This document shows positions 51,112-60,364 of a stretch of 64,000 nt of DNA, piece after piece (position 1 is the first letter of the stretch; every line of letters starts with the position of its first letter). The position numbers and the translations under genes were made by a program. Origin of the DNA: an uncultured delta proteobacterium (GTDB taxonomy: Bacteria; Myxococcota_A; Polyangia; Fen-1088); contig CAWCMR010000001.1 in NCBI GenBank assembly GCA_963796685.1, positions 32,001 to 96,000 of the forward strand, in the 5' to 3' direction. Under the pieces are notes generated by a model. That model was given only the letters and a program-made list of their open reading frames with translations, made no database searches and was not told the DNA's origin.

Positions 51112-53296
51112 TCCTTCGACCCGCTCGAAGAATCAAATTCATCGATCGATAAAAGCTATCGGAAGAAGAATGAGGCATCAGAGACCACATCACGTAGCGT
51201 TTCTCGACCGGTATATTCAAGCTTTTCGCAGCAGCTTCGGGATAGATAAGGACGGGCAGTTGTTCCTGACCCAAGCTCTTCATTAGAACGGATAGGGCAT
51301 CGTAAACGACTTCAATTCTCAACTCTTCTTGATCCAGCACGAACAGGGTGACGGAGTTGGTCAGATCGGAAAGGTTCAGTCCAATATCGGCGAGATTGAC
51401 CATGACGACGGCATGGAGGCGGTCATTTCGCTTGAGTGCGTAGAGGTGGCGCTCTCGCTTCAATCCCAACTTGTGGAACTGCTCGCCCAGATCGCTGGTT
51501 TGGGAACCCTGGGAGTGTTCCCCAACCCTGCCGCGCTCAGGCTCCGCTGGGCAAAGCCCGGCTCCGCCTACGCGGCTATGATCGACATCGCCTGGTTCGA
51601 GGTCGAGCGCGCCGATCATCAACCCCCCACCCGATTCGTGCTGGCAAAAACTGGATAGCTCGCGCAGGTCGTCGTCGTCGGTCGGGCTCAAGCAGTACCC
51701 GTGAAGGCTGCCTTCGACATTGTGGTCGCACTGCAGATGAAAATAGGCGAAGAGCGCCTCGGAACAGATCCGCGGATCGTCGATACCGCGGCATAGACCG
51801 CCGAATACGCTCCGGGGGAAACGGTTCTCCGGCCGATAGAAGCAGATCAAGTACTCCATGTGCATGAAGGAGAAACGACACGATTCGTTGATGAAGCGAG
51901 TGATGTGATCGAGCACATTCAGGCCGGCCCTGTACGTGTAGTTGGTGCGCGCCGCGTGGTGGTGAATCAGCCAGGTGCTGTCATAAAAGCGCACCATGGC
52001 CATGTGGCCGAGGATCTTGCCCTGGTCCTGATGGATGAAATGGCGGGCGATGCTGGGGCTACGAGCATAGAGCTTCTCGTAGGTCTGCTTGATCTGTTCC
52101 CGGTTCTTCTGGATAAAATCGTACTTCTGCGGGTAGATGAAACCAGTCTCGAAGAAGAAGCTCCACAGATCGTCCATGTCGACTTGGTTGCAGACATAGG
52201 AGAGACGGTCATCGGCGTGGTGCAGAAGCCCCACCAGCTGAACATGGTCTGCGACATCCATGTCGAGCAATGCCAGCCCGTACTTGAGGCAGGAGTCTTC
52301 GGACCCGTGCTCCAGTACCTGGCGGTGGACGACCTGCGCTCGACAAGAAAACCTGAAGTTGTTGGCAAGGCATAGATCAAGTCGGGGGATCATCAGACCT
52401 GGCATCAGAACTGCGTTGCGCGCGTACTCTTCCACCGCCAGACCAGAGGCGGAGAGGTCCAGCACCTTGAGCGATACCAGCCGTCCGGTGAGCGGGTGCT
52501 CGAAGACGATCGTCGGCGCGGGAAGAAGCTGCTGGCGAAGGCTGCGGTGCTGCTGGCGTTCGAACCGCTGGATGTGGTCCTGGGTCGGCTCGAACACGTA
52601 CTCCCGGCAACTCCGTCCGCCGGTCTGGCTGACAATCCGGCAGTCGCCCGAGAAGAGGATTTCGCGGTCGTTCGAGATGACCACCATCACTGGAGTGCCA
52701 GCGGTGAGCCAGCCAAAGGTTTGCGGCGGCGAGGCGTGAACGCGCGCGCGGAACGAGAGGGCGCTGAAATCGACCAGCGTGCCCTCGAAACGCGAGCCGC
52801 TCTTGAAGAGCTGTACCTGAATGCCGCTGCAGGGGCTCCTCACCACCCGGCGGGAGTACACCTCGGTGCAGACCTCGGGAAGCTCGATGACGATCCCCTC
52901 CCCATCGATCGATCTTACTTGACCAATGCCCTGCAGCAGCTTCTGTTCGTCCGGGACGAACAGCGATGAAAAGAGGTAGTATCTAGAGAGAGCCCGGGCG
53001 GCGTGCGGGTCGACCCAGGTGCAGCGAAGCCGGTTCTCCTGGCACGGCTGCGGCCTGGCTTCCACGCGTAGCGTGTGTCCATACCTCACGTGCTCGAATT
53101 CGAGCAGGACGGTCTTGTTCTGGAAGTTGAGGTAGTTGAGCTTGTTGATCAGACGTTCGCGTCTGACCGGTCGCGGCGCAGCGGCGAGAGAGGTGGCATG
53201 GATCGCGCCCGGGATTTTCGACGACTCGGCCATCGCTTCGCCGTCTCCGGGCACACTGCGCTCGCCGACACTGAAGTGCTGTTGAGCCTGGTCCAT
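51071..53296 (-). CDS. Tandem PilZ-domain protein with GNAT-like C-terminus
   Basis: RRVVR...DFSALS and HRSLR...DLSASG PilZ signatures; C-terminal GKILGHMAMVRF...RPEN.FP; start uncertain. Confidence 0.78.
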   Translation of the reverse strand: MDQAQQHFSVGERSVPGDGEAMAESSKIPGAIHATSLAAAPRPVRRERLINKLNYLNFQNKTVLLEFEHVRYGHTLRVEARPQPCQENRLRCTWVDPHAARALSRYYLFSSLFVPDEQKLLQGIGQVRSIDGEGIVIELPEVCTEVYSRRVVRSPCSGIQVQLFKSGSRFEGTLVDFSALSFRARVHASPPQTFGWLTAGTPVMVVISNDREILFSGDCRIVSQTGGRSCREYVFEPTQDHIQRFERQQHRSLRQQLLPAPTIVFEHPLTGRLVSLKVLDLSASGLAVEEYARNAVLMPGLMIPRLDLCLANNFRFSCRAQVVHRQVLEHGSEDSCLKYGLALLDMDVADHVQLVGLLHHADDRLSYVCNQVDMDDLWSFFFETGFIYPQKYDFIQKNREQIKQTYEKLYARSPSIARHFIHQDQGKILGHMAMVRFYDSTWLIHHHAARTNYTYRAGLNVLDHITRFINESCRFSFMHMEYLICFYRPENRFPRSVFGGLCRGIDDPRICSEALFAYFHLQCDHNVEGSLHGYCLSPTDDDDLRELSSFCQHESGGGLMIGALDLEPGDVDHSRVGGAGLCPAEPERGRVGEHSQGSQTSDLGEQFHKLGLKRERHLYALKRNDRLHAVVMVNLADIGLNLSDLTNSVTLFVLDQEELRIEVVYDALSVLMKSLGQEQLPVLIYPEAAAKSLNIPVEKRYVMWSLMPHSSSDSFYRSMNLILRAGRRNGSSDDKRRSPPV

Positions 53297-53528
53297 GACT
53301 TTGATCCAAATCTCGAAGATGTTTGTGTGGAGGTGGGAGATCGAATACGTGAGGGGAGAGCATTGTAATCAGGAATTGGCGAGCTCTACTAGACCGGAAC
53401 GAGAACAGTCGTGTGACAAAGAGAACAACCATGTGACTCCGATGTGTGCCTTATGCGACACCCGGGCACATTGAGGTTTTCCATTCTGTCGCAGTTACGT
53501 TGCATCGCGGGGCGTACCATGAGGCACT

Positions 53529-55371
53529 TTGGACTGGCTGGAACATACTGCGGCAGAGGAGCCGGTTCGGGGACGAGACCACTGGCGGGAGGAAGAGGAA
53601 GCGCTGCGCACAATCATCGACACGCGCCAGATCACCTCTGACTTTCAGCCTATCGTAGATTTGCACCATGGCACCGCGCTGGCCTGGGAGGTCTTGTCGC
53701 GTGGTCCGGAGTTGCTTGTTTCGCCGGCTGAAATCTTCGCCAAGGCGAAAGCCCTCGGCAAGCTACCAGAGTTGGAGGAGGTCTGCCGCGACGTGGCTTT
53801 GTGCTCGATTGCGCGGCTCCCTCCATCCGCGCGGTCACGATCGTTCTTCATCAACGTCAGCCCGAACGTGATCGGCGATCCGCAACCGATGAATGGACAC
53901 CTGCGGGCAGAGCTCGCCGACCTGGGACTCGATCGGCGAAACTTCGTCATCGAGATCATCGGGCGCGAATCGAGCGAAGGCCACGCCTCCCTCGAGCAGC
54001 AGATGCATTACTACGTCGAACAAGGATTCAGGATCGCCCTCGATGATATCGGCGCTTGCGGCGCGGACCTCGTCAAGCTCGTGACGTGCTCGCCGCATTT
54101 CATGAAGCTCGACATGACACTCTCGCGCGAGATCCACCGCCACGCTCACAAGCAGCGCCTCGTAAAGTCGCTGATGGCCTTCGCGGCCAGCGTGGATAGC
54201 GCCCTGATCGCCGAGGGAGTGGAAACCTGGGAAGAGTTGGAAACTCTGACACGCCTAGGGGTGCGCTACGCCCAGGGGTTCTTGTTCGCCCGGCCAGCCA
54301 AGATACCCTCGGATGTGCCAGAGGAAACCCGTCTCGAGCTGCGACGGATCATGCGCCAGTTCACCTACCGCGAGTCCGACCTCAACGAAACGGTCGGTCC
54401 GCTTGCGATTCGCTGCGAGACCATTCGCGAGAAGGAAAAGCGGGGCGAGGACGTGAACCGCATTTTCCAATGCCAACCCTCGCTCGATCATCTGACCATC
54501 CTACGTGAAGAGCGACCTGTCGGTCTGATCACGCGCCAGCACTACTACAACATGACGGGTGGCCCGGTTGGCTACCACCTCTTTCAGTGGAAGCCAGCCG
54601 AAGAGCTGGCCCGCCCGACGCCCCTCATCGTGGAGAAGCTCGATCAACGTGACGGCACTCGCAAAGCTAGCGATGGAGCGACCACCTGACGAGCTTTACG
54701 ATCCCGTGATCGTGGTGGACACATCCGGGAACCTGGTCGGCACCGTCACCATCCGGCAACTCATCATACGCTCGACCGCTCTGGAGGTTCAATCTGCCAA
54801 GGGAGCGAGTCCCCTGACCGGATTGCCTGGGAACCGAAGCATCGAGAGCTGGATCCTGAACGCATTCAATCAGACAGATGCTCACGTCCTCTACGCGGAT
54901 CTCGATCGTTTCAAGGAGTACAATGACTGTTACGGATTTTTGCGCGGCGACGAAATGATCCGATGTCTTGCAGGAGTGCTGTCGCGTATCCTGATGGCAC
55001 TGTCACCGGAAGCCAAGCTGGGACACATCGGCGGCGATGACTTCGTCATCGTCTCGCCAGCGACCGTTGGCCCCGAGAGCGTCGAAGCCCTTTGCCGTCA
55101 ATTCGACCAAGCAAGGATCGATCTATTCGATCCGACGGATGTTGAGCGCGGCTACTTTCGCGCCACCGACCGACGAGGCCAAGAGGTCGAAGTGCCTCTT
55201 GTCACCTTGAGCGTGGCGGTTGTCCCGTGCGAAGCCGTGCGAAACGTCGAACACCCCGGAGCGCTCGCCCAAATGGCCGCTTCGCTCAAACGTAAGGTCA
55301 AGGAAATAACCACGACCAGCCGAAAGAGCGAGTTCCTGTTCGAGCGCCGGAAACTGCGGCCCACGATCTAG
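53529..55371 (+). CDS. EAL-CBS-GGDEF protein, frameshift near 54640
   Basis: FQPI, EVLSR, ALDDIG, AEGVET, QGFLF; CBS pair; LTGLPGN, DLDRFKEYND, GGDDF. The two ORFs overlap out of frame inside the CBS pair. Confidence 0.85.
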
Positions 55372-55436
55372 GAAATGGGCTCAACCGACTGCGCAGCCAT
55401 CGCGCGTTACGCGTGGATCTGGACTTGGGATCCTCG

Positions 55437-55504
55437 ATTTCGGCCGCGCCGAGCACGAGCACCCTGTGTCGCCAAAACTGATGAGATCAGACGCTTGGAC
55501 CCAG
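55437..55504 (+). repeat. Dispersed direct repeat, copy 2 (partial)
   Basis: ATTTCGGCCGCGCCGAGC...GTCGCCAAAAC.GATGAGATCAG.CGCTTGGACCCAG matches about 43260-43327. Confidence 0.8.
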
Positions 55505-55598
55505 GCCGACCGCCTCCTCGCCTGCCGGGACGAGTCTGAGGGCTCGGGGTAGGGAAGGCATGCGTCGACGATGAAAATCCGCCTGCCAGGACGCGTCT

Positions 55599-55626
55599 TC
55601 AAGGTGCGATGCGTCCGAGTCGATAG
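55599..55626 (+). promoter_or_regulatory. Possible sigma28 (FliA) promoter
   Basis: TCAAG-N15-GTCGATAG upstream of an MCP gene. Confidence 0.45.
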
Positions 55627-55682
55627 TAGCGACAGACTTCTCTACGGAAGAAGGCACCGACCCGATACAGAAAGACGCCAAC

Positions 55683-57368
55683 ATGAAATTCAACGACCTT
55701 CGCATGAGAGCGAAGCTGATGATTCTTGTCGGGTCGGCCTTGGCCGGGTTGATTGCCTATTTTCTTTTCGGCCACTTGACCATGCAAAGGGTGACCGTGA
55801 ACGGGCCCTTGTATCAAGAGATCATAGCCAATAAGGATCTCGTGGCCGATGTGCTGCCTCCTCCCGAGTACATCATCGAAGCCTTTCTGGTTACCAAGCA
55901 GCTCCAGGGTGAAGCCACCGGCTCTCAGCGGAAGGCGCTTGCCGCACAGCTCACAAAGCTCGAAAAGGACTACGAAGAGCGCCACTCGTATTGGACAGGG
56001 CACCTTCCAGCGGGAACCTTGCGTGATCAACTCACCAAGGACTCCTACGAGCCGGCGCGGCTATTCTTTCGCATTGCTACCGAGGAATTCCTTCCCGCGC
56101 TGATGAGGAACGACCTGGAGAAAACGAGAGCCAACGCAGCCCGGCTCAACGAGGCCTACGAGCAACATCGGGCTGCCATCGATAGGGTTGTGTCCGACGC
56201 GAATCAAGAAGCGGCGGCGCTAGAAAAGAACGCCGACGCCGTTCTCTATTCGACCAATGTGGGGACCATCGTCGCCTTCATGGTCCTGGCCGCGATGATC
56301 GCCCTCTTGGGTATTCGCACCGCTCGCAGTATTACTATTCCCATCAACGCCGGCGTGCAGTTGCTCGACCTTGCCAGCAAAGGGGACTTTAGCAGCGAGA
56401 TTCCCCGCGAGCTTCGCGACAGAAAGGACGAGGCGGGCGATCTGTGTAGATCCCTCGACGGTATGAGCAAGAACCTGCGAAAATTGGTGTTTGAGGTGGC
56501 CGAAGGGGTCCATACATTGGCCGCCTCCGCCACCGAGCTTTCCGCCATTGCGTCCCAGACTTCCTCGGGAACGCGAACTATGGCCGAAAAGGCAAGTACC
56601 GTGGCGGCGGCCGCAGAGGAGTCCAGCACCAACACGGTCTCGGTCGCGGCCCGCATGGAGCAGGCCGCAACCAATCTCGTTTCGGTCGCCGGCGCGACGG
56701 AGGAGATGAGTGCGACCGTGGGAGATATAGCAGCGAAGGTCGCCAAGGCTCACGCCATCAGCGAGGATGCCTCGGCGAAGGCCCAGGCCATCTCCTCCCT
56801 CATGCGCCAACTAGGGCAAGCGGCGCAGCAGATCGGGCAGGTCACCGAAGTCATCACGAATATCTCCTCGCAAACAAACCTGCTGGCCCTCAACGCAACG
56901 ATCGAAGCCGCCCGGGCCGGTGCGGCTGGAAAGGGTTTCACGGTGGTGGCCAATGAAATCAAGGAGCTTGCCGGGCAGACGGCACATGCCACCGAAGACA
57001 TCAAGTCCAAGATCAGTGGCGTGCAGACGTCCACCGCCGAGGCCGTCGCCGATATCGGCAAGATCTTCGATGTCATCAAGGAGGTCGGCAGCATCGTGGG
57101 CGATATCGCGGGCTCCATTGAAGAGCAGGCGACGGTGACCAGAGATGTGGCCGGCAATATCGCCGAGGCCACAAGTGGCGTGAAGGATTCGAACGAGCGC
57201 ATTGCCCAAACCGCAGGCGTTTCGAAATCGATCGCGCAGGACATCGCAGGTGTCAACGCAACGCTTGGCTATATCCGTCAGGGCGGCGAACACGTACAAG
57301 CGAGCGCCGCGGAATTGTCACGGCTGGCGGAACATTTGACGGCCCTGGTGGGCCAGTTTCGTGTTTGA
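55683..57368 (+). CDS. Methyl-accepting chemotaxis protein
   Basis: Two TMs, HAMP (RKDEAGDL) and [34 protein letters not shown]. Confidence 0.95.
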   Translation: MKFNDLRMRAKLMILVGSALAGLIAYFLFGHLTMQRVTVNGPLYQEIIANKDLVADVLPPPEYIIEAFLVTKQLQGEATGSQRKALAAQLTKLEKDYEERHSYWTGHLPAGTLRDQLTKDSYEPARLFFRIATEEFLPALMRNDLEKTRANAARLNEAYEQHRAAIDRVVSDANQEAAALEKNADAVLYSTNVGTIVAFMVLAAMIALLGIRTARSITIPINAGVQLLDLASKGDFSSEIPRELRDRKDEAGDLCRSLDGMSKNLRKLVFEVAEGVHTLAASATELSAIASQTSSGTRTMAEKASTVAAAAEESSTNTVSVAARMEQAATNLVSVAGATEEMSATVGDIAAKVAKAHAISEDASAKAQAISSLMRQLGQAAQQIGQVTEVITNISSQTNLLALNATIEAARAGAAGKGFTVVANEIKELAGQTAHATEDIKSKISGVQTSTAEAVADIGKIFDVIKEVGSIVGDIAGSIEEQATVTRDVAGNIAEATSGVKDSNERIAQTAGVSKSIAQDIAGVNATLGYIRQGGEHVQASAAELSRLAEHLTALVGQFRV

Positions 57369-57372
57369 CTCC

Positions 57373-57459
57373 GCAGCCTCGGGTGTGGAGACGATCGAGC
57401 AGAAGAGCGGTATTTCGGCCGCGCCGAGCGCGATCGCCCTATGTCAAAGATCGCCTACA
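57373..57459 (+). repeat. Dispersed direct repeat, copy 3 (internally deleted)
   Basis: Both ends of copy 1 joined directly: GCCCTATGTC-AAAGATCGCCTACA. Confidence 0.85.
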
Positions 57460-57530
57460 CCTCAAACGATTGGTTCCCCTGGGAGGGAGACATTTGCGAT
57501 TGGCCATCGCCGAATACATGAGATACGCCT
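57460..57530 (+). pseudogene. Internal remnant of an integrase-core transposase
   Basis: LKRLVPLGGRHLRLAIAEYM resembles the L.R.I..GERHLR....EY segment of the family seen at 39758 and 42852. Confidence 0.5.
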
Positions 57531-57848
57531 TGGCGATCTCGAGAAGTGCGGGCGCCACCGCGATCGACTCCCGCGCACTCCCCGCGATCGTCTCCATTAG
57601 GGATCGAGCACGAGCTCCCCAGCGTGTTCGCCCATGCCCCAGCTCCCGCAAGCCCGCATGCCGTCGTATGCCACTTCGCAGCGGCTTACCGAGAAGCGAA
57701 GATGCCTTCCGGTTTTTGCGGTCTTCGAGCCGATCTTGCCGAGTGGAATGGTCAGCTCGACCACCGCCACAATGGTGTTTCGCGGCCGAAATCGCATCCT
57801 GAAGCACCATCGGGCGCTCGCCCTCGGGCCACGTGTCCCGCATTCCTT

Positions 57849-58958
57849 CTAGCGCTGTGCCACGAGGCGCACGATGAACAACACGACACCGCCGATGGCA
57901 ATCATGGCGCTGATCAACTTGACGCCACGATCGGCGAACCAACGTGAGCGTCGCGCGGCCAGGATCAGCGGAAGCACGACGGCGAGGACGGCGAATTGAC
58001 CCGCTTCCACGCCCAGGTTGAACGAGACCAGCGCGATCGGGATCTGTCCTCGGGGCAAAGCGATCTCGCGTAGGGCACCCGCGAAACCGAACCCGTGGAT
58101 GAGCCCGAACGGGAAGGTGATGCGCCAGCGTTTGCTCGCGTCCTTGACGAAGAAGTTCTCGACGCCCACGTAGGCGATGGACAACGCGATGGCCGGCTCG
58201 ACCAGGCGCGGGCTGGGCGTCAGCACGGATAGCGACGCGAGCGCCAGCGTGATCGAGTGCGCGAGCGTGAAGGCGGTCACCACACCCACCAGCGAGCGCA
58301 GTCTCCCGCCAACGAGGATGAGGCCCAGCAAGAACACCAGGTGATCGGCGCCGGTGAGGATGTGCTCGACTCCCAGCTTCAGCATCGACCAAGCCATGCG
58401 GGCAGTGCCCGCGGGCGGGCTTGCCTCGTCCAAGGTCCAGGTGGCATGGGCTCGATCGAGCACCCTGACATTCGCCTTGCCCGCACGAAAAACGCGCGCC
58501 AAGTGCCGGTGTCCGGGGGCCAGCCCATCGAGAAGCGGGAGGGCCAGCATGAGCCGACCGGGAACCTCGGGACAGGTGTAGCGCACCTGGAAGACGACGC
58601 CGCCCTCGGCCTCCAGCACCCACGTGCGGTCTAGCGAGCCGAGGCAGGCTCTTCCGTCGGCCTCCACGGTCACCCCGCCCACGAGAGCGCGCGCGACAGC
58701 CTCGCGACCCGCAGTCAGCTCCTCGGCGTCGATTGAGCCGTCGTGGTTCGTGTCGATCATGGGGAGCAAACGGGCCAGCTCTCGACCGGCCATACCGATG
58801 TCGCCGTAGAGCACTTTGCCGTCCAAGCGGTACTCGCCGCTGGAGATGCCCACGGCATGGGCAAAGGCGAGGCGTTCGGGCGCCAACCCAGCGAGGCCGA
58901 TGGCGACAGCGGTGATGGTAGCGACGCGCCCGATCCTTCTCCCATGGAGACTCGTCAT
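57849..58958 (-). CDS. HupE/UreJ family membrane protein with periplasmic N-domain
   Basis: Signal peptide AFA|H; GVEHILTGADHL, AFTLAHSITL and FGLIHGFGFA motifs. Confidence 0.88.
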   Translation of the reverse strand: MTSLHGRRIGRVATITAVAIGLAGLAPERLAFAHAVGISSGEYRLDGKVLYGDIGMAGRELARLLPMIDTNHDGSIDAEELTAGREAVARALVGGVTVEADGRACLGSLDRTWVLEAEGGVVFQVRYTCPEVPGRLMLALPLLDGLAPGHRHLARVFRAGKANVRVLDRAHATWTLDEASPPAGTARMAWSMLKLGVEHILTGADHLVFLLGLILVGGRLRSLVGVVTAFTLAHSITLALASLSVLTPSPRLVEPAIALSIAYVGVENFFVKDASKRWRITFPFGLIHGFGFAGALREIALPRGQIPIALVSFNLGVEAGQFAVLAVVLPLILAARRSRWFADRGVKLISAMIAIGGVVLFIVRLVAQR

Positions 58959-58967
58959 GCTGCCAGC

Positions 58968-60317
58968 TCAACGCGCGGGCGACTGTGGGACGGGCGCACC
59001 GCCCGCCTCGCGCACTGCCGCCGCCACGTAGGGCGCGTCGGTCAGCGTCCCCAAGAAGGCCACGACGGCATCTATTTCGTCATCGGTCATGGGCGGAGGG
59101 GATCCCTCCCGTTTGTTGTAAATGGGGGAGTAGATGTTGACGTTGCCACGGTACCTCGGCGGCACGTCGTCGAACTTCTGCCCCGGCGGGTAGACCAGGC
59201 CTGGCGATACCGCGCGCCGGGCGTAGAACACCACGACTTCGCGCAGGGTCTTGAACACGCCGTTGTGCCCAAAGCTGCTCTGAACAGCGACGTTGCGCAG
59301 CGACGGCGTGCGAAAGCTCGAGCACCACCTTTCGTCGTCCGAAGGAGTCGCCCTGTTTTTCCGTTCGCACAGGCCGAGATCGAAGGACGCGGCATTTCGA
59401 TTGCCGGGCAAATCGTGGTTGCGGGGAACGGCGACCGCATCGTACCCATAATCGGTGAACATCGACTCCGCCGGATTGGTTGACGTCTCGGCCATGCGGT
59501 GGCAACCAGAGCAGGCGCCCCGGCGTGGGTCCTTGAAGATCTCCAGACCGAGCCGCTCTTTCTCCGTCAGGGTCGCCTGGCCGCGTACGTAGGCATCGTA
59601 CTTCGAAGTCGCCGGCGTCATCGCGTCGCTCTTCAAGAAGGCTTCGAGAGCCACGCCGACACCGCGCAAGACCACTCCTGGCGCCGAGGACGGACCCATC
59701 GCACTGCGGAACTCCTTCGCGTAAGGTCCGCGCACGATCTTGGCGGCGAGGCGAGGCGGGGTTCCGGCGTTCATCTCGTCGGGGCTGAAGAGCGGCTGGC
59801 GCACGAGCTCCGCGACGCTGTCGGAGCGTCCGTCCCAGAAGAAACCGCCGCGCGGTTCAGGCACCGGGGCTTCGTCGTCCTCGAAGTAATGGAACTCGGG
59901 TACGTACCTCATGTACAGGACGGACGGCGTCGAACGACGAGCGAAGTGCCCAGGGCGGCTTCCGAGGGCCACTCCGATGCTGGAGCCATGTCGTCCCGAG
60001 AAGGCACGCGCCGGATCGTGGCAGCTCGCGCAGCTCGTTCCAGGCGGCTCCGACAAGCGTTCGTCGAAGAAGATCTTCTTGCCCAGAGCCACGAGCACCG
60101 GATTGTCCGGTGGTCCCTGGCGGGGAGGCACAGGAAGGACATGGGTGCGGCGGGCCGGTATCACCGGCGTACCGGACAGCCTGGGTACCTTCGCCGCGGC
60201 CCACGCCTCCGCGATGGTCGGCTTCGGCGCGGGCGAAGGTGCACCTTTCCCACAGGCCCCCAGCGCCCACACCAACGCGGCGCCCGTTGCCAGGCGCCGT
60301 CGGGATCGTGCTTCCAT
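58968..60317 (-). CDS. Di-heme cytochrome c peroxidase/MauG family lipoprotein
   Basis: CASCH and CSGCH heme sites, FFWDGR, FRTPSLRNV, HNG; lipobox LGA|C. Confidence 0.9.
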   Translation of the reverse strand: MEARSRRRLATGAALVWALGACGKGAPSPAPKPTIAEAWAAAKVPRLSGTPVIPARRTHVLPVPPRQGPPDNPVLVALGKKIFFDERLSEPPGTSCASCHDPARAFSGRHGSSIGVALGSRPGHFARRSTPSVLYMRYVPEFHYFEDDEAPVPEPRGGFFWDGRSDSVAELVRQPLFSPDEMNAGTPPRLAAKIVRGPYAKEFRSAMGPSSAPGVVLRGVGVALEAFLKSDAMTPATSKYDAYVRGQATLTEKERLGLEIFKDPRRGACSGCHRMAETSTNPAESMFTDYGYDAVAVPRNHDLPGNRNAASFDLGLCERKNRATPSDDERWCSSFRTPSLRNVAVQSSFGHNGVFKTLREVVVFYARRAVSPGLVYPPGQKFDDVPPRYRGNVNIYSPIYNKREGSPPPMTDDEIDAVVAFLGTLTDAPYVAAAVREAGGAPVPQSPAR

Positions 60318-60364
60318 TCTCAGGTTTGCGCGATTGGCACGGATCAACTCGGCCGTGCTCTCGG

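Noticed and set aside
57597-57797. Small ORF downstream of the HupE/UreJ gene
   Set aside because: No recognisable motif and it sits next to an IS remnant; cannot be supported as a gene.
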